Origin: Halomicronema hongdechloris C2206
GTDB taxonomy: Bacteria; Cyanobacteriota; Cyanobacteriia; Phormidesmidales; Phormidesmidaceae
Assembly (NCBI RefSeq): GCF_002075285.3
Contig: NZ_CP021983.2
Coordinates: 3,570,001 to 3,602,000, forward strand
Direction of reading: 5' to 3'
Length of the DNA stretch: 32,000 nt
The notes beneath the pieces were generated by a model. It did no database searches and had not been told where the DNA came from. It saw nothing but the letters and a program-made list of their open reading frames with translations. Shown here piece by piece: positions 1 through 11,977 of the stretch (its first letter is position 1; each line of letters opens with the position of its first letter). A program made the translations under genes and the position numbers.

Positions 1-332
1 GCATTCAGTCAGTGTCTAAAGGGCAGTGGGAAGCCGCTCGCTCCCTGGGATTAACCCCTAGCCGTGTGATGCAGCTGGTGGTCTTTCCCCAGGCCATGCG
101 AGTGATTATTCCTCCCCTCAACAGTCAATACATGAACTTAGCCAAGAATTCTAGCTTGGCCCTTGCCATCGGCTATCCCGATATCTTCTCAGTGGCCAGT
201 ACTTCTCTCAATCAGACTGGCCGGCCTGTGGAGGTGTTTATCTTACTGATGGCCATCTATTTACTCATTAACCTAATCATTTCCCTGGGCATGAACCGTC
301 TGAATCAGGCAGTTCAATTCACAGAACACTAA
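1..332 (+). CDS. Amino-acid ABC transporter permease, C-terminal fragment. The gene starts upstream of the window (AapQ/NatG-like).
   Basis: The frame is open from the window edge to TAA at 330-332. It contains the EAA-loop signature of ABC importer permeases (GQWEAARSLGL...VVFPQAMRVIIPPL). A second permease gene follows 15 nt downstream. Confidence 0.85.
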   Translation, partial: IQSVSKGQWEAARSLGLTPSRVMQLVVFPQAMRVIIPPLNSQYMNLAKNSSLALAIGYPDIFSVASTSLNQTGRPVEVFILLMAIYLLINLIISLGMNRLNQAVQFTEH

Positions 333-347
333 CCTCTGTAGACGAGT

Positions 348-1553
348 ATGACCGCAACTTCCCCCTCCCTAAGCCCCGCTACTATCCGCCATTCCCCTGT
401 TGCCTGGCTGCGGAAGAATCTCTTCAACAGCTGGTTTAACAGCATGCTTACCCTAGTCCTCGGGGGGATACTGCTATGGGTCGCCTATAGCCTAGTGAAT
501 TGGGCGTTTACCATGGCCCAGTGGCAGGTGCTCTCCGCTAACCTACCGCTCTATTTTGTGGGGCGCTACCCATCCGACCAGTACTGGCGGCTGTGGACAG
601 CATTGGCCCTGATTACCCTGGCCTCGGGGTTGAGTTGGGGACTGTTTTCTCGCCATCTTTCTGTCCTCTTTTCCCGGGGAGTATTGATGGGCTTAGGGGG
701 GATCACAGTGCTGATCGTGCTGGTGCCGATGCCAGGGCCCTATCGCGCGAGAATGATAGGCCTGATTCTCCTCTGCACCTTAGCAGCCTGGGCAGGGCGC
801 CTCTGGGCTCAACGGGTTACCTCCTTAGGGCGATGGCTCTCCCTGGCCTGGTTGCTCTCGTTCTTTGTCACCCTATGGCTGATGGCAGGCGGCCTAGGGC
901 TACCCGCAGTGTCTACCAATAACTGGGGCGGATTGTTGCTGACGTTATGTATATCGGTGGTTAGCATCGCCCTGTCCTTTCCCTTCGGGGTGTTACTGGC
1001 CCTAGGGCGGCAGAGCTCGTTGCCGATCATTCGCTGGCTTTCGATAATCTATATTGAGCTGATTCGTGGCGTGCCGCTGATTTCCATTTTGTTTATGGGG
1101 CAAGTCATGATTCCCCTGTTTCTACCAGAAGGGATGCGACCCGATCGAGTCCTGCGGGCCATTGTCGGGATGACCCTGTTTACGGCGGCCTATCTGGCAG
1201 AAAATGTGCGAGGAGGGCTACAGGCAGTTCCCCGCGGCCAGATCGAAGCAGCCCGCTCTATGGGCCTGAACGCTCCCCTGACCCTTGGCCTCATCGTACT
1301 CCCCCAGGCTCTCAAGATTGCCATTCCAGCCATCGTGGGACAATTCATCAGTCTGTTTCAGGACACCACCCTGGTTTCCATCGTTGGCCTCTTAGAACTG
1401 TTAGGAATCAGTCGCTCCATCCTGGCCAACCCCGAGTTCCTCGGTCGCTATGGAGAAGTGTATCTATTTATCGCCGCCATTTACTGGTGCTTCTGCTATG
1501 CCATGTCACTGGGGAGTCGCAAGATTGAAGAGGCGCTTAACACCGATACCTAG
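348..1553 (+). CDS. Amino-acid ABC transporter permease (AapM/NatH-like general amino-acid permease subunit)
   Basis: 401-aa polytopic membrane protein with a long hydrophobic N-terminal extension. It carries the EAA loop GQIEAARSMGLNAPLTLGLIVLPQALKIAIP and is co-directional with, and adjacent to, the upstream permease. Confidence 0.9.
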   Translation: MTATSPSLSPATIRHSPVAWLRKNLFNSWFNSMLTLVLGGILLWVAYSLVNWAFTMAQWQVLSANLPLYFVGRYPSDQYWRLWTALALITLASGLSWGLFSRHLSVLFSRGVLMGLGGITVLIVLVPMPGPYRARMIGLILLCTLAAWAGRLWAQRVTSLGRWLSLAWLLSFFVTLWLMAGGLGLPAVSTNNWGGLLLTLCISVVSIALSFPFGVLLALGRQSSLPIIRWLSIIYIELIRGVPLISILFMGQVMIPLFLPEGMRPDRVLRAIVGMTLFTAAYLAENVRGGLQAVPRGQIEAARSMGLNAPLTLGLIVLPQALKIAIPAIVGQFISLFQDTTLVSIVGLLELLGISRSILANPEFLGRYGEVYLFIAAIYWCFCYAMSLGSRKIEEALNTDT

Positions 1554-1603
1554 TTCCTGGAACTCTGCCGATATCAGGGTAAAGCCAGCTGACCTGCTCC
1601 AGA

Positions 1604-2974
1604 TCAAAAAATAAAGTCTAGGGCAATGTGCCAACTCGCCTCTTCCCGTACGATCTGAATCTGGCGGATAAACTCACGAAAGAAAAAGCGCCGTTCGGCC
1701 TCCGAGAGATCGAGCCAAAACTGGGGAATAGAAACCGTCTGGGCTAGTTCTTGCAGATTGACTGGGGATTGCTGAGCCTGCTGTTGTCGGAGTTGAGCGA
1801 TTTCGCTATGTAGTCGATAGGCTCGCAGATCGGCAGTGTCCTGGTCTAGGATGCCCTTGGTCACCAGCTCTGGGAGTTGCTCTAGGGCTGATTGCTTGGT
1901 GGCCAAATCGGTAGCGCTGCACTCAGACGGGCCGCTGACTGCCGCATCTTCAGGGGCAGCTGGGCTAGCCTGCATCAACGCAGCCACCGCTTGGGGCAAC
2001 TCCTGGCAAATGGCTGTAATGGTTTTCTCTAATACGGCTTGGTACGGCAAGGCTCGACATGGGGGCGTCGCTGCACATGCCGCCGGGCGCAAATACAGAT
2101 ACTCACGCTGCTGCCGGGGTGTTGTCACCCGGGCTATCCGCATGGCCGATTGGCACCGTTGGCAGACCACCAAGCCGGCTAAAGAACGGGGAGCACTGGC
2201 TGTTCGAGGAGGCAGGCGACGATTGCGCAACAACAGCCGGTCGACTTGGGCTGCTTCCTGGCGGGACAGGATCGGGGCATGGGTATTTTGTATGATGCCG
2301 CCATCGTGGTACTGCAAATCTCCCCGATAGATCGGATTGGTCAGCCAGCGGTGCCCGGTTGAAACGGCGATGCGCTTACCATACTTGGCATTCATGTGCC
2401 GGACTGCTCCTCGCACCGAACCGAAGAGTAAGAAGTGATCAAAGAAATCCCGCACCACTGGGGCTGCGGCCCGGTCTAAGGCATAGCGATCCTTGCCTCG
2501 CCGATACCCATAAGGCGCCTTGCCGGGCGGCGGCAAGGCCTTCAGCCGGTTGCGGGCATGTCCCTGCTGCAGACGCTGCCGTTGCTGTTGCCGTTGAATG
2601 CTGGCCGATAGCCGCCACAGAGACTGGTGCCTAGTCATGGCATGGGAGAATGTCTCTGTCCCGTTATCGGCTCCATTTTGAGGCGGATAGTCTTGTTCTG
2701 TGGCGATAACGGTGACTCCATGCCCTTCTAATTGAGCCAACCGATCGGCGACAGTCTCTAAGGAATCCCCGAGTTCTTCCAAGCGACGCACTAGTACATA
2801 GTCTGGCGGAGCAACCTGAGCATCCTGCAAGAGCTGCCTCAGATTGGGGCGGTCGATCGGGGGCGACCAAGGCCCTCGATCGCTGTAGACCTCATCGACC
2901 TCGTCGCCCCAGACAGTAGGGGCTGGCACAGACTCCAACAGCGCATTACTGCAGAGATAGGCAACAACCCGCAT
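1604..2974 (-). CDS. Large serine recombinase family protein (resolvase-like N-domain, recombinase domain, Cys-rich zinc ribbon, C-terminal coiled coil). The catalytic motifs appear degenerate.
   Basis: The N-terminus MRVVAYLCSNALLE aligns to the canonical YARVSTxxQ. VLVRRLEELGDS aligns to VxxLDRLxR. The recombinase-domain motif PYGYRRG...L..W..NP.YRG is present. The Cys cluster is CQRCQS...AC...PPC. The C-terminus is Q-rich and helical. Confidence 0.8.
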   Translation of the reverse strand: MRVVAYLCSNALLESVPAPTVWGDEVDEVYSDRGPWSPPIDRPNLRQLLQDAQVAPPDYVLVRRLEELGDSLETVADRLAQLEGHGVTVIATEQDYPPQNGADNGTETFSHAMTRHQSLWRLSASIQRQQQRQRLQQGHARNRLKALPPPGKAPYGYRRGKDRYALDRAAAPVVRDFFDHFLLFGSVRGAVRHMNAKYGKRIAVSTGHRWLTNPIYRGDLQYHDGGIIQNTHAPILSRQEAAQVDRLLLRNRRLPPRTASAPRSLAGLVVCQRCQSAMRIARVTTPRQQREYLYLRPAACAATPPCRALPYQAVLEKTITAICQELPQAVAALMQASPAAPEDAAVSGPSECSATDLATKQSALEQLPELVTKGILDQDTADLRAYRLHSEIAQLRQQQAQQSPVNLQELAQTVSIPQFWLDLSEAERRFFFREFIRQIQIVREEASWHIALDFIF

Positions 2975-2979
2975 GGTGT

Positions 2980-3318
2980 CTAAAAAGCTGACTTGAGTGC
3001 TTCTCGTAAGGCGATGGCCGATGCATCATCATTACTGGCAATAATCACCATCACCGTGCTGGCAGGACCGTCGTCTAAGCAAACGAATACGGCGGTGGCC
3101 TCAGGATTACGGCCCACTACACTATTGCCGTCTACTCTGACATCAACTAGGCTTTCGCTGTCGAGGGCTTGGACAGCTCGGTCTAGGCATTGTGCTGTAT
3201 CAGTCTCTAAGGCTCGCCAGGAGTAATAGATGCCTGGAGCCTCTGCCCTGGCCGATGGCCCAAAAGCCAATAATCCTACCCCAGCTGCGGCAGCAGATAT
3301 CATCTGCCCTAACTTCAT
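2980..3318 (-). CDS. Small secreted hypothetical protein (Sec signal peptide)
   Basis: 112-aa ORF with the N-terminal signal MKLGQMISAAAAGVGLLAFGPSARA/EAP. Its stop codon lies 5 nt upstream of the recombinase ATG, which suggests an operon. I recognise no family. Confidence 0.6.
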   Translation of the reverse strand: MKLGQMISAAAAGVGLLAFGPSARAEAPGIYYSWRALETDTAQCLDRAVQALDSESLVDVRVDGNSVVGRNPEATAVFVCLDDGPASTVMVIIASNDDASAIALREALKSAF

Positions 3319-3411
3319 AGACCTGGCCTCCTATCACCATCAATTATGGCTCTGCTGCTTCAGCATACTCTGCCCATTTCCCGGCAGCCAATGAATGCTG
3401 GGCCTGGCGCG

Positions 3412-3696
3412 TTAACGTTCCATTTGGGGACGCTGGGGAAACGAGGACGCCTGAGCAGTCTGGCCTGCTGTTTGCTGCTGCCGGTGCTGCTGGCGTGCTG
3501 CTGCCCGTTGCCGGATTAACGCCCGCAGGATTGACGGTAGGGTAATGGGCCAAAATAGGCTGGCCAAAATCAGCACCACCCATGACATGAGATGGGTCTT
3601 GGGGGTAGTACTATCGTGCCAAAATGCGATGAAGGTAATGGCCATGACCAATACTAGCCCTAAGCCGTAGACGATTAAGCAACCAAAAAGCAACAT
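3412..3696 (-). CDS. Small membrane protein (two predicted TM helices, Q/R-rich tail), hypothetical
   Basis: 94-aa ORF with two clear hydrophobic helices (LLFGCLIVYGLGLVLVMAITFIAFW and WVVLILASLFWPITLPSIL). It is on the same strand as the two downstream genes. No family recognised. Confidence 0.4.
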   Translation of the reverse strand: MLLFGCLIVYGLGLVLVMAITFIAFWHDSTTPKTHLMSWVVLILASLFWPITLPSILRALIRQRAAARQQHRQQQTAGQTAQASSFPQRPQMER

Positions 3697-4227
3697 AAAA
3701 TCGAAGATGCACCAAGCATCGTGGTAGTGGCAGCCTGATTCGTTGAATCAACTGGATGACGAGCTATCCCTGAAATTGTATGACTTTATTAAAACTCTAC
3801 ACGCCCTTATAGGGCAGTGCTGCCGGGAAGATGTCTCGCCTGCGGACGATAGGCTTGGGATCTCTGTCCTCCAAATCCCTACGGAGAGGGCGTTCCCTGA
3901 GGATATTAACCGTTTCTGAAAGGTGTTGGCTCAGTGGCTCAGCGGCACTTAACTTCATGAAATTTAGATAAAACAGCCCTCGGATGTATCCGGGCTGATC
4001 GGCGATAGTGGCCAGGGTTTATGAAAATTTCAAGAAGTAGTCCGGTATTCAGGAAATTCTTAGCTGGCTCTAAGTCGATCACCAAAAGGGCCAGCATGAT
4101 CGCAGGAGTAGCCCCATGGCGGTCAAGACACCCCGCCAGGTTCTGACTCGATTATCTTAAGACGCTTAAGCCGCTTGCGAGGGCGGGACCGCAAGCCTGT
4201 AGCACATTTACCCAGGAGCACACACCT

Positions 4228-5220
4228 ATGTCAGAGTTCGCTCGGCCTATATGGGCAACGGCCGCCACCACTATCACTGCTCTCGTCATCGGGACTCCAG
4301 CCCATGCCTTTACAATCACCCAGAACGACACTGGCGCTGATTTGCTCGATGCCCTTCTCGGCACCGAACTCACCGGACTGAGTAATTTTAATGTCAGCCT
4401 CAGCGGTAACGACTATGCCTTCGGCCTGTTTGAGGATGATCCCTTTGGCTTAGGCTCAGGCGTTGTCCTCAGCACAGGCCAGGTGGTCGACATTCCCGGC
4501 ACCAATACGGCTGATGATTTATTCTCGGATGGGGTTGATCTCACTACTCCAGAGGATCAGACGGCGGTGAATCAGGGGGAATTATTTGATATTGCCACCT
4601 TAGAGATCCGTTTTCAGGCTGACACCACCGTTAATCAACTGTTCTTCCAATATGTTTTTGGGTCCGAAGAATTCTTAGAATTCTCAGGCTCTCAATTCAA
4701 TGACTTCTTTACCCTAGAGCTGAATGGCACCAACCTGGCCCGGTTGAATGACTCGGTGGGAAGCACTAATTTGGTCAATATCAATAACCTGACGGCTAGT
4801 CCCACGGGTCCCTTCAGTAGTGACTTCGTGAATAATCCAGCGGGTCCGGGTACGGTGACAAAACTAGATGGGTTTACTAAACCGCTGACGTTCGCGGGGG
4901 ATGTGATTAAGGGGACTACTAATACTCTGGAGATCACTATTGCGGATGTGTCGGATGACATCCTCGATGCAGCCGTCTTTATTCAGGGGGGCTCTTTGGC
5001 CGTTGAGCCACCCTCTGCAGACCCACCACCGCCAGAATCCCCGCCAGTGGAACCGCCCCCGCCAAAAGAACCCCTGCCAGAAGAGCCCCCACCCCCAGTG
5101 GAACCGCCGCTAGAACCACCATCTGAAACTCCTGACCCTAAAGCCGTGCCAGAACCGCTCGGTGTCCTCGGATTAATGACGGCTGCTCTAGTAGCTGTGC
5201 GAACATTGAAGCGAACTTAG
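4228..5220 (+). CDS. PEP-CTERM-anchored surface protein with a choice-of-anchor-L-type domain and a proline-rich stalk
   Basis: Domains in order: signal peptide (ATAATTITALVIGTPAHA); a body with GVVLSTG...FQYVFGSEEFLEF..FNDFFTLELNGTNLA, typical of the choice-of-anchor L domain; a PPPPE/PPVEPP linker; and a C-terminal VPEP-LGVLGLMTAALVAV-RTLKR PEP-CTERM sorting signal. Confidence 0.85.
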   Translation: MSEFARPIWATAATTITALVIGTPAHAFTITQNDTGADLLDALLGTELTGLSNFNVSLSGNDYAFGLFEDDPFGLGSGVVLSTGQVVDIPGTNTADDLFSDGVDLTTPEDQTAVNQGELFDIATLEIRFQADTTVNQLFFQYVFGSEEFLEFSGSQFNDFFTLELNGTNLARLNDSVGSTNLVNINNLTASPTGPFSSDFVNNPAGPGTVTKLDGFTKPLTFAGDVIKGTTNTLEITIADVSDDILDAAVFIQGGSLAVEPPSADPPPPESPPVEPPPPKEPLPEEPPPPVEPPLEPPSETPDPKAVPEPLGVLGLMTAALVAVRTLKRT

Positions 5221-5253
5221 CCGTCTGCATCCCTTGCAGATGACTCTGTACTA

Positions 5254-5286
5254 GGAAGGGCAATGCATCACCTGCACTGCCCTTCC
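5254..5286. terminator. Hairpin between convergent genes (PEP-CTERM protein and prk), a candidate bidirectional terminator
   Basis: GGAAGGGCA(A)TGCA-tcacc-TGCA(C)TGCCCTTCC forms a 9+4 bp stem. It is located between the two stop codons (5220 and 5324). There is no strong U-tract. Confidence 0.45.
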
Positions 5287-5323
5287 ACTGAAGCTAAGCC
5301 ATATTTTGTCTTAACCGTGAGGC

Positions 5324-6328
5324 CTATGCCTTTGCAGCCACTTGAGGCCGTTGGGCGGTTAAGCGTTCGTAGGTGGCTCGCATCTTTAGCCCGACTAATA
5401 CCTGGAAGAGACCACTACCGTTTTTAGAGCCAGGATATTCCCGATGTTTTAATAACAATTCAGTCATTTCACCGTAGTACCGGGTAGCGGTATTGCTGAG
5501 ATGGTTTTCTACGTAGATGAGTTCTTCTAGGCGTTCAAATTGACCATCGACTTCGAGGACCGACACATCGTGACCGTAGTAACTGTCGGGACCGTAGTGT
5601 AGGCGAATGCCAGGGTACGAGCAGGTTAGCTTACGGCCGCAGGGAATCCAGTCGATGGTTGATCCTTCATCGAAGAGGTAGACCGGATTGAAACCATCTA
5701 TGCCTTCCCGCTGCAGCAATCTTACTCGCAAAATCTTGCGGTCTTTGTCGTCAGGAATGAGCTGAGTAGGTAGAATCTGAATAACCACATTAGCATACTG
5801 TTTCTGAATGTCGACGTATGCTTCGAAGTCTGGCCGACGGGCGTTAATGGACGCCAGTACATCTTCATAGCCGTGGCCCCGTTCGGCCATGTCCCGTTGA
5901 ACTTTCCAGGCAATCTTCACATCATCATGGATGTCAAGATAGACGCTGAAGTCAATGAGCCCGCGGACTCGCTCGTCGTAGAGGGGATGCAATCCTTCGA
6001 TGACCACAATCCGATTAGGATCAATGCGCTCTGGCGGATCGATGTCGCCAGTCTCGTGGTTGTAGATAGGCTTATCGATGGAATTGCCTTCTTTCAGGGC
6101 TTTGATCTGCTCGTACATCAGATCAAAGTTATTGGCTTTTGGGTTTAAGGCGGTAACCCCGGCCGCTTTACGTTGCTTGCGGTCGAGGCTATGATAGTCA
6201 TCCAGGCAGATGACGGTCATGAACTCCGCGCCAAATAAGTCGGCCAACCGACGTAGAAAAGTCGATTTACCGCACCCTGAATCTCCGGCGACGCCAATCA
6301 GAACCACGCGATCTGGCTTACTGGTCAT
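5324..6328 (-). CDS. prk: Phosphoribulokinase
   Basis: 334 aa. It has the P-loop VVLIGVAGDSGCGKSTF and the cyanobacterial/plant PRK regulatory Cys context. The length and overall sequence are typical of cyanobacterial Prk. Confidence 0.97.
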   Translation of the reverse strand: MTSKPDRVVLIGVAGDSGCGKSTFLRRLADLFGAEFMTVICLDDYHSLDRKQRKAAGVTALNPKANNFDLMYEQIKALKEGNSIDKPIYNHETGDIDPPERIDPNRIVVIEGLHPLYDERVRGLIDFSVYLDIHDDVKIAWKVQRDMAERGHGYEDVLASINARRPDFEAYVDIQKQYANVVIQILPTQLIPDDKDRKILRVRLLQREGIDGFNPVYLFDEGSTIDWIPCGRKLTCSYPGIRLHYGPDSYYGHDVSVLEVDGQFERLEELIYVENHLSNTATRYYGEMTELLLKHREYPGSKNGSGLFQVLVGLKMRATYERLTAQRPQVAAKA

Positions 6329-6875
6329 AGGTTCCCTCTAAACAAACTCTTAGGACAACGACAGACATATACAGACATATATAGAGGCTGCTCTCTATCT
6401 ACCCTAGGACAACCCAGCTCCCTACCCAAGGGCCGGGTACTTCGTAGTGGGCCAGTCAATCTGCTGGCAATACTCGCAAAGATTGCCTCCACTGGGGCCC
6501 AGTGACCGGATAGCAGATCTCCTTGTCCCTATCGCTTCTATGGGTTCTGATGGTGACTGTCCAGATACCCGCCCCGGCGAGCTAGTTAGCTGCAGTACTA
6601 TCCATTGATATGGCATCGCCCTGCTGGACTTACTGGCACTTCGTGGCTAGACCCTGAGCATGGGGTAGGAGCTATTTCAGACCTGAGGCCGAATGGGGCT
6701 TAACCCTAAGCATAGAGTCAATAAGTATTTTGCACTATTAACTACGGTAAATCCTACCAGAAGCCTGTTTTACCAACAAGTACTACCTGTTTTCCTGGGC
6801 GGTTGTGAACGGCTGCTCAAGGGAATGATAAAATGCGATCGCATCTTGAAAAGATTCACAGCTAACAGTCTCAAT

Positions 6876-6905
6876 TTTCGTGTAACCGTTTTTCGTGTAA
6901 CCGTT
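6876..6905 (+). repeat. Perfect 15-bp tandem duplication (TTTCGTGTAACCGTT x2) in the prk-petH intergenic region
   Basis: Read directly: 6876-6890 and 6891-6905 are identical. The repeat lies about 210 nt upstream of the petH ATG. Confidence 0.9.
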
Positions 6906-7089
6906 AATGTATTAATAGCTGTAGCTGAGCGTGCTGGCCCTTGCCACCCTCTACCTCACCAGATCATTGGAGCAATTGTACCTGGGTGCTACTCTAGTAG
7001 CGATTAAAGTGTCTAAGCTCAGCGTTATCCTGAGCTAATGCACCAGCGCGATTAGTAAAGACATCAGGTCATCGCTCCATCGCGTCTAG

Positions 7090-8337
<1,248 letters not shown>

Positions 8338-8405
8338 CCAATCCCAAGCCCATCCCTAGTGTGATCTTCCATCCAATGCCTGAGGATGGTGAAGCCATGT
8401 CGAGA

Positions 8406-8437
8406 GGTTCCCCAAGACTCGGGGAGCCTTTCGTGTT
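8406..8437 (+). terminator. Candidate intrinsic terminator of petH
   Basis: GGTTCCCC-aagactc-GGGGAGCC forms an 8-bp stem with one G-U pair, followed by TTTCGTGTT. It lies 70 nt after the petH stop. Confidence 0.55.
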
Positions 8438-8498
8438 GGGCTAGTAGCGGAAACCCCCTACAATTGACACATAGACAGTATTAGATGGACTAAAAGCG

Positions 8499-9821
8499 TT
8501 GGTAGTTAAGGTTGGGTTACTCGGACTGGGCACCGTTGGCACCGGGACAGCAAGGATTCTGCTAGATCCGCTAGAGCGTCATCCGTTGATTCAGACAGTG
8601 GCTATTGCTCGGGTAGGAGTACGGTCTCTGGATAAGCCCCGCCAGGTTACCCTTCCCGACGAAATCCTGACGACCGATCTGGATAGCATCGTCACGGATG
8701 AGTCAATCCAGATTGTGGTGGAGCTAATCGGGGGGCTAGAACCAGCTCGGTCGCTAATCCTCAAAGCCATCGCCCAGGGCAAACATGTGGTGACGGCCAA
8801 CAAGGCCGTGATTGCCCGCTACGGGGATGAGATCTTCACCGCCGCCAATGCAGCTGGGGTTTATGTCATGCTAGAGGCTGCCGTCGGCGGCGGCATTCCC
8901 GTGATTCAGCCCCTGAAGCAAGCCCTAGGCGTCAACCGTATTCACGCCGTCACCGGCATCGTCAATGGCACCACCAACTACATCCTGACGCGGATGCAGC
9001 AGGAGGGCGGAGACTTTGAGCCGATCCTGGCCGATGCCCAACGGTTGGGTTATGCCGAAGCCGATCCCACCGCTGACGTGGATGGGCTAGATGGGGCCGA
9101 TAAAATCGCCATTTTGGCCTCCTTGGCCTTTGGGGGACGTATCAAGCTGTCTGAGGTCTATTGCGAAGGGATTCGTCGCGTCACTGCTGCCGATATTGCC
9201 TACGCCAACCGACTCGGGTTTGTCATCAAGCTACTGGCCATTGCTCGTCGTGATGTCTGCCCCATTTCCAACCAGCACCTGGATCAGCTGCAAGTGCGAG
9301 TGCATCCCACTCTAGTTCCTCAGGGCCATCCTTTGGCCAGCGTCAATGATGTCTTTAACGCCATCCTGGTGGAGGGAGACCCCATCGGACAAGTGATGTT
9401 CTTTGGCCCTGGTGCCGGTTCAGGCCCCACCGCCAGTGCCGTCGTATCCGACATCTTGAACGTGGCGGCAACTCTGCACTCTAACCAGGGGCCGACGTCT
9501 GTTTCCACTGCCCCTAATCCACTGCTGGCCTGTATCCACCAACACTATTGCCAAATTAGTCCCATGGCCACCATCGTCAGCCGCTTCTATGTGCGCTTGC
9601 TGGCCAAAGATGCTCCCGGGGTGATTGGCAAATTGGGCACCTGTTTTGGCCGCCATCGGGTCAGCCTAGAGTCGGTTGTGCAAATTGGCTTACAAGAGGA
9701 CTGTGCTGAGATTGTGATTGTCAGCCACGAGGTCAAGGAAGCTGACTTTCAGGCGGCCCTGACTGAAATTGGCGGCTACGGAGAAATTAAGAGCGTTGCC
9801 AGCGTCCTGCGGGTGCTGTAA
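8499..9821 (+). CDS. hom: Homoserine dehydrogenase (with C-terminal ACT domain)
   Basis: NAD-binding N-terminus VGLLGLGTVGTG. Catalytic region ANK...LEAAVGGGIPVI, GIVNGTTNYILT, AEADPTADVDGLD and DKIAILA. The start appears to be a TTG at 8499, so the exact start is uncertain. Confidence 0.93.
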   Translation: MVVKVGLLGLGTVGTGTARILLDPLERHPLIQTVAIARVGVRSLDKPRQVTLPDEILTTDLDSIVTDESIQIVVELIGGLEPARSLILKAIAQGKHVVTANKAVIARYGDEIFTAANAAGVYVMLEAAVGGGIPVIQPLKQALGVNRIHAVTGIVNGTTNYILTRMQQEGGDFEPILADAQRLGYAEADPTADVDGLDGADKIAILASLAFGGRIKLSEVYCEGIRRVTAADIAYANRLGFVIKLLAIARRDVCPISNQHLDQLQVRVHPTLVPQGHPLASVNDVFNAILVEGDPIGQVMFFGPGAGSGPTASAVVSDILNVAATLHSNQGPTSVSTAPNPLLACIHQHYCQISPMATIVSRFYVRLLAKDAPGVIGKLGTCFGRHRVSLESVVQIGLQEDCAEIVIVSHEVKEADFQAALTEIGGYGEIKSVASVLRVL

Positions 9822-9874
9822 AACCTCTGGCGGGTATCCGATGAGTGGCCCTACAATGGCTGTGCCATCCATCC

Positions 9875-10489
9875 CTACAGTCGCTGGTTGGCATACATCG
9901 CCTGCAACACCTGAGCCGGATCAACCCAGGTTCCCTGATATTTCAAGCCCCAGTGCAAATGAGGGCCAGTGGTGCGTCCAGTCATACCCACACGACCAAT
10001 CCGAGTACCGGCCTTCACCCGCCGCCCTTGCTGCAGCTGTATACCCCCCCGACGATCCACCAGCACCCGGTCGCCATCGGTCTCCACCACCACATAGCCC
10101 TGCAAATGACAGTAGACATGCACCCAATCCCCGGAGCGCACCACCACCGACGTGCCGCAGGCCGTATCCTCTGAGACTCGAGCCACGGTTCCCTGCCACC
10201 AGCTACGCACATAGCTGCCCATGGGGGTGGCAATATCGAGACCATAGTGGAACCGAGCTTGGCCACTGTAGGGATCGGTACGATAGCCAAAAGGCGACGT
10301 ATAACGAGAGAAATTCTCCACCGGAAATGAGCCTCCCTGCCAAGGCTGCGCCAGGGGTTGAGGCGAGTTGGCCGATTGAGTTGCTGCCGCCTCCAGCCGC
10401 GGCATGTGGGCCGACAGTTCAGCCACAATCCATCCCCCGGCGAAGAGGGCCAATATCCCATAAACAGCATTGCCCCACCGAATTCCCAT
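9875..10489 (-). CDS. M23 family (LytM-type) metallopeptidase with an N-terminal membrane anchor
   Basis: Contains HYGLDIATPMGSYV, a later GRTTGPHLHWGL (the HxH motif), and an N-terminal hydrophobic helix AVYGILALFAGGWIVA. Confidence 0.9.
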   Translation of the reverse strand: MGIRWGNAVYGILALFAGGWIVAELSAHMPRLEAAATQSANSPQPLAQPWQGGSFPVENFSRYTSPFGYRTDPYSGQARFHYGLDIATPMGSYVRSWWQGTVARVSEDTACGTSVVVRSGDWVHVYCHLQGYVVVETDGDRVLVDRRGGIQLQQGRRVKAGTRIGRVGMTGRTTGPHLHWGLKYQGTWVDPAQVLQAMYANQRL

Positions 10490-10687
10490 AGACCGTTTAG
10501 CCCTTCCTGTAGAGTTACTAATTCTGTTTAATAGTACATTTGAATTACCTTCTAGACAATGATTCCTATTCCAGGGCTCAGGGCCCCCTCAGAAGAGTAG
10601 CCATAAAAACAGGCCAGTACAGACTACTGCACTGACCCATTAGAAAATTAGCCTCCAAAGCTAGGGAGTCTTAGAGATCCTCTCGGC

Positions 10688-11977
<1,290 letters not shown>

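Noticed and set aside
3344-3583. 79-aa minus-strand ORF overlapping the 3412-3696 membrane-protein ORF
   Set aside because: It is an alternative frame of the same DNA. The peptide is Ala/Pro/Gly-rich and low-complexity. The frame encoding two clean TM helices is the more plausible one, although it is itself only weakly supported.
6978-6994. NtcA-type site upstream of petH (GTACCTGGGTGCTAC)
   Set aside because: The spacing is GTA-N9-TAC, not the canonical GTA-N8-TAC. I also found no properly spaced -10 box.
6693-7007. 104-aa ORF in the prk-petH intergenic region
   Set aside because: It has no recognisable domain and no convincing RBS. It runs through the 15-bp tandem duplication, which produces the FRVTVFRVTV stretch. 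It is more likely non-coding leader or promoter DNA.
9769-10491. Long plus-strand ORFs (240 aa and 109 aa, Pro/Ser/Arg-rich) overlapping the M23 peptidase gene
   Set aside because: These are antisense shadow ORFs of a GC-rich gene. Their composition is low-complexity and they have no recognisable motifs. The minus-strand M23 peptidase has clear catalytic motifs.
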